A stretch of DNA of 64,000 nt from Tubulanus polymorphus (Eukaryota > Animalia > Nemertea): NCBI RefSeq assembly GCF_964204645.1, contig NC_134033.1:13462655-13526654 (forward strand). The letters are read 5' to 3'. Shown here piece after piece: positions 30,001 through 35,670 of this stretch. The position numbers and the translations under genes are program-made. Position 1 is the first letter of the stretch. Each line of letters begins with the position of its first letter. Under the pieces are notes generated by a model that was not told where the DNA came from, ran no database searches, and saw only the letters and a list, made by a program, of their open reading frames with translations.

Positions 30001-33000
30001 GTCTACCGTAGTTGATGTGTCAGTCGAGGATGAAGTAGACGAATCCGTTGGTGATGTCGTATCGGTGCTCGCCGAGGTCGATGTGTCTACCGTAGTGGAG
30101 GTGTCAGTCGGGGACGAAGTCGACGATACCGTTGGTGATGTCGTCTCGATGCTCGACGATGTAGATGTGTCTACCGTAGTAGAGGTGTCAGTCGTGGACG
30201 AAGTAGACGAATCCGTTGGTGATGTCGTCTCGATGCTCGACGATGTAGATGTCTCTACCGTAGTAGAGGTGTCAGTCGTGGACGAAGTAGACGAATCCGT
30301 TGGTGATGTCGTATCGGTACTCGCCGAGGTCGATGTGTCTACCGTAGTGGAGCTGACAGTCGAGGATGAAGTCGATGAATCCATCGGTGTTGTCGTCTCG
30401 GTGCTCGCCGAGGTCGATGTGTCTACCGTAGTGGAGCTGACAGTCGAGGAAGAAGTAGACGAATCCGTTGTTAAGGTCGTATCGGTACTCGCCGAGGTCG
30501 ATGTGTCTACCGTAGTGGAGCTGACAGTCGAGGAAGAAGTAGACGAATCCGTTGTTAAGGTCGTATCGGTACTCGCCGAGGTCGATGTGTCTACCGTAGT
30601 GGAGCTGACCGTCGAGGAAGAAGTAGAAGAATCCGTTTTTAAGGTCGTATCGGTACTCGCCGAGGTCGATGTGTCTACCGTAGTGGAGCTGACAGTCGTG
30701 GATGAAGTCGACGAATCCGTTGGTGTTGTCGTCTCGGTGCTCACCGAGGTCGATATGTCTACCGTAGTGGAGGTGTCAGTCGAGGACGAAGTAGACGAAT
30801 CCGTTGGTGATGTCGTCTCGGTGCTCGACGAGGTCGATGTGTCTACCGTAGTGGATATGTCAGTCGAGGAAGAAGTAGACGAATCCGTTGTTAAGGTCGT
30901 ATCGGTACTCGCCGAGGTCGATGTGTCTACCGTAGTGGAGCTGACAGTCGAGGATGAAGTCGACGAATCCGTTGGTGTTGACGTCTCGGTGCTCACCGAG
31001 GTCGATGTGTCTACCGTAGTGGAGCTGACAGTCGTGGATGAAGTCGACGAATCCGTTGGTGTTGTCGTCTCGGTGCTCACCGAGGTCGATATGTCTACCG
31101 TAGTGGAGGTGTCAGTCGAGGACGAAGTAGACGAATCCGTTGGTGATGTCGTCTCGGTGCTCGACGAGGTCGATGTGTCTACCGTAGTGGATATGTCAGT
31201 CGAGGAAGAAGTAGACGAATCCGTTGTTAAGGTCGTATCGGTACTCGCCGAGGTCGATGTGTCTACCGTAGTGGAGCTGACAGTCGAGGATGAAGTCGAC
31301 GAATCCGTTGGTGTTGACGTCTCGGTGCTCACCGAGGTCGATGTGTCTATCGCAGTGGATGTGTCAGTCGAGGATGCAGTAGACGAATCTGTTGGTGATG
31401 TCGTATCGGTACTCGCCGAGGTCGATGTGTCTACCGTAGTGGAGCTGACAGTCGAGGATGAAGTCGACGAATCCGTTGGTGTTGTCGTCGCGGTGCTCAC
31501 CGAGGTCGATGTGTCTACCGTAGTTGATGTGTCAGTCGAGGACGAAGTAGACGAATCCGTTGGTGATGTCGTATCGGTACTCGCCGAGGTCGATGTGTCT
31601 ACCGTATTGGAGCTGACAGTCGAGGACGAAGTAGACGAATCCGTTGGTGATGTCGTCTCGGTGCTCACCGAGGTCGATGTGTCTACCGTAGTGGAGGTAT
31701 CAGTCGAGGACGAAGTAGACGAATCCGTTGGTGATGTCGTCTCGGTGCTCACCGAGGTCGATGTGTCTACCGTAGTGGAGCTGACAGTCGAGGATGTAGT
31801 CGACGAATCCGTTGGTGATGTCGTATCGGTACTCGCCGAGGTCGATGTGTCTACCGTAGTGGAGCTGACAGTCGAGGATGAAGTCGACGAATCCGTTGGT
31901 GTTGTCGTCTCGGTGCTCACCGATGTCGATGTGTCTACCGTAGTTGATGTGACAGTCGAGGACGAAGTAGACGAATCCGTTGGTGATGTCGTCTCGGTGC
32001 TCACCGAGGTCGATGTGTCTACCGTAGTGGAGGTATCAGTCGAGGACGAAGTAGACGAATCCGTTGGTGTTGTCGTCTCGGTGCTCACCGTGGTCGATGT
32101 GTCTATCGTAGTTGATGTGTCAGTCGAGGATGCAGTAGACGAATCCGTTGGTGATGTCGTATCGGTACTCGCCGAGGTCGATGTGTCTACCGTAGTGGAG
32201 CTGACAGTCGAGGACGAAGTAGACGAATCCGTTGGTGATGTCGTCTCGGTGCTCACCGAGGTCGATGTGTCTACCGTAGTGGAGGTATCAGTCGAGGACG
32301 AAGTAGACGAATCCGTTGGTGATGTCGTCTCGGTGCTCACCGAGGTCGACGTGTCTACCGTAGTGGATGTGTCAGTCGAGGATGAAGTAGACGAATCCGT
32401 TGGTGATGTCGTATCGGTACTCGCCGATGTCGATGTGTCTACCGTAGTTGAGCTGACAGTCGAGGATGTAGTCGACGAATCCGTTGGTGATGTCGTATCG
32501 GTACCCGCCGAGGTCGATGTGTCTACCGTAGTGGAGCTGACAGTCGAGGATGAAGTCGACGAATCCGTTGGTGTTGTCGTCTCGGTGCTCACCGATGTCG
32601 ATGTGTCTACCGTAGTTGATGTGTCAGTCGAGGATGAAGTAGACGAATCCGTTGGTGATGTCGTATCGGTACTCGCCGAGGTCGATGTGTCTACCGTAGT
32701 GGAGCTGACAGTCGAGGATGAAGTCGACGAATCCGTTGGTGTTGTCGTCTCGGTGCTCACCGAGGTCGATGTGTCTACCGTAGTTGATGTGTCAGTCGAG
32801 GATGAAGTAGACGAATCCGTTGGTGATGTCGTATCGGAACTCGCCGAGGTCGATGTGTCTACCGTAGTGGAGCTGACAGTCGAGGACGAAGTAGACGAAT
32901 CCGTTGGTGATGTCGTCTCGGTGCTAACCGAGGTCGATGTGTCTACCGTAGTGGAGGTATCAGTCGAGGACGAAGTAGACGAATCCGTTGGTGATGTCGT

Positions 33001-35670
33001 CTCGGTGCTCACCGAGGTCGACGTGTCTAACGTAGTGGATGTGTCAGTCGAGGATGAAGTAGACGAATCCGTTGGTGATGTCGTATCGGTACTCGCCGAG
33101 GTCGATGTGTCTACCGTAGTGGGGCTGACAGTCGAGGACGAAGTAGACGAATCCGTTGGTGATGTCGTCTCGGTGCTCACCGAGGTCGATGTGTCTACCG
33201 TAGTGGAGGTATCAGTCGAGGACGAAGTAGACGAATCCGTTGGTGTTGTCGTCTCGGTGCTCACCGTGGTCGATGTGTCTATCGTAGTTGATGTGTCAGT
33301 CGAGGATGCAGTAGACGAATCCATTGGTGATGTCGTATCGGTACTCGCCGAGGTCGATGTGTCTACCGTAGTGGAGCTGACAGTCGAGGACGAAGTAGAC
33401 GAATCCGTTGGTGATGTCGTCTCGGTGCTCACCGAGGTCGATGTGTCTACCGTAGTGGAGGTATCAGTCGAGGACGAAGTAGACGAATCCGTTGGTGATG
33501 TCGTCTCGGTGCTCACCGAGGTCGACGTGTCTACCGTAGTGGATGTGTCAGTCGAGGATGAAGTAGACGAATCCGTTGGTGATGTCGTATCGGTACTCGC
33601 CGAGGTCGATGTGTCTATCGTAGTTGAGCTGACAGTCGAGGATGTAGTCGACGAATCCGTTGGTGATGTCGTATCGGTACCCACCGAGGTCGATGTGTCT
33701 ACCGTAGTGGAGCTGACAGTCGAGGATGAAGTCGACGAATCCGTTGGTGTTGTCGTCTCGGTGCTCACCGATGTCGATGTGTCTACCGTAGTTGATGTGT
33801 CAGTCGAGGATGAAGTAGACGAATCCGTTGGTGATGTCGTATCGGTACTCGCCGAGGTCGATGTGTCTACCGTAGTGGAGCTGACAGTCGAGGATGAAGT
33901 CGACGAATCCGTTGGTGTTGTCGTCTCGGTGCTCACCGAGGTCGATGTGTCTACCGTAGTTGATGTGTCAGTCGAGGATGAAGTAGACGAATCCGTTGGT
34001 GATGTCGTATCGGTACTCGCCGAGGTCGATGTGTCTACCGTAGTGGAGCTGACAGTCGAGGACGAAGTAGACGAATCCGTTGGTGATGTCGTCTCGGTGC
34101 TCACCGAGGTCGATGTGTCTTCCGTAGTGGAGGTATCAGTCGAGGACGAAGTAGACGAATCCGTTGGTGATGTCGTCTCGGTGCTCACCGAGGTCGACGT
34201 GTCTACCGTAGTGGATGTGTCAGTCGAGGATGAAGTAGACGAATCCGTTGGTGATGTCGTATCGGTACTCGCCGAGGTCGATGTGTCTATCGTAGTTGAG
34301 CTGACAGTCGAGGATGTAGTCGACGAATCCGTTGGTGATGTCGTATCGGTACTCGCCGAGGTCGATGTGTCTACCGTAGTGGAGCTGACAGTCGAGGATG
34401 AAGTCGACGAATCCGTTGGTGTTGTCGTCTCGGTGCTCACCAATGTCGATGTGTCTACCGTAGTTGATGTGTCAGTCGAGGATGAAGTAGACGAATCAGT
34501 TGGTGTTGTCGTATCGGTACTCGCCGAGGTCGATGTGTCTACCGTAGTGGAGCTGACAGTCGAGGACAAAGTAGACGAATCCGTTGGTGATGTCGTCTCG
34601 GTGCTCACCGAGGTCGATGTGTCTACCGTAGTGGAGGTATCAGTCGAGGACGAAGTAGACGAATCCGTTGGTGATGTCGTCTCGGTGCTCACCGAGGTCG
34701 ACGTGTCTACCGTAGTGGATGTGTCAGTCGAGGATGAAGTAGACGAATCCGTTGGTGATGTCGTATCGGTACTCGCCGAGGTCGATGTGTCTATCGTAGT
34801 TGAGCTGACAGTCGAGGATGTAGTCGACGAATCCGTTGGTGATGTCGTATCGGTACTCGCCGAGGTCGATGTGTCTACCGTAGTGGAGCTGACAGTCGAG
34901 GATGAAGTCGACGAATCCGTTGGTGTTGTCGTCTCGGTGCTCACCGATGTCGATGTGTCTACCGTAGTTGATGTGACAGTCGAGGACGAAGTAGACGAAT
35001 CCGTTGGTGATGTCGTCTCGGTGCTCGCGGATGTTGATGTGTCCACCGTGGTGGAGGTGTCAGTCGGGGACGAAGTAAACGAATCCGTTGGTGATGTCGT
35101 CTCGGTGCTCGCCGATGTTGATGTGTCTACCGTAGTGGAGGTATCAGTCGAGGACGAAGTAGACGAATCCGTTGGTGTTGTCGTCTCGGTGCTCACCGTG
35201 GTCGATGTGTCTACCGTAGTGGATGTGTCAGTCGTGGATGAAGTAGACGAATCCGTTGGTGACGTCGTATCGGTACTCGCCGAGGTCGATGTGTCTACCG
35301 TAGTGGAGCTGACAGTCGAGGATGAAGTCGAAGAATCCGTTGGTGATGTCGTATCGGTACTCGCCGAGGTCGATGTGTCTACCGTAGTTGATGTGTCAGT
35401 CGAGGATGAAGTAGACGAATCCGTTGGTGATGTCGACTCGATGCTCGCCGAAGTCGATGTGTCTACCGTAGTTGAGCTGACAGTCGAGGATGAAGTCGAC
35501 GAATCCGTTGGTGTTGTCGTCTCGGTGCTCGCCGAGGTCGATGTGTCTACGGTAGTTGAGCTGATAGTCCAGGATGAAGTAGCATAATCTGTTGGTGAGG
35601 TGCTCTCTGTGTTCGCCGAAGATTTTGTGTGCACCGTCGAGGTACTGACAGATGTGGATGTGTCAGTCGT
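1..35670 (-). repeat. Coding tandem array B: 84-bp unit, about 420-425 copies in window
   Basis: Plus-strand unit gacgaatccgttggtgatgtcgtctcggtgctcgccgatgtcgatgtgtctaccgtagttgatgtgtcagtcgaggatgaagta recurs every 84 bp. The rare indels are multiples of 3. Confidence 0.98.

Noticed and set aside
35-35587. Plus-strand 6272-aa and 5561-aa V/D/E/S-rich ORFs as real genes
   Set aside because: They start at GTG inside repeats, have no signal peptide or domains and are broken by sporadic stops. The opposite strand has a signal peptide, an open frame and mucin composition.
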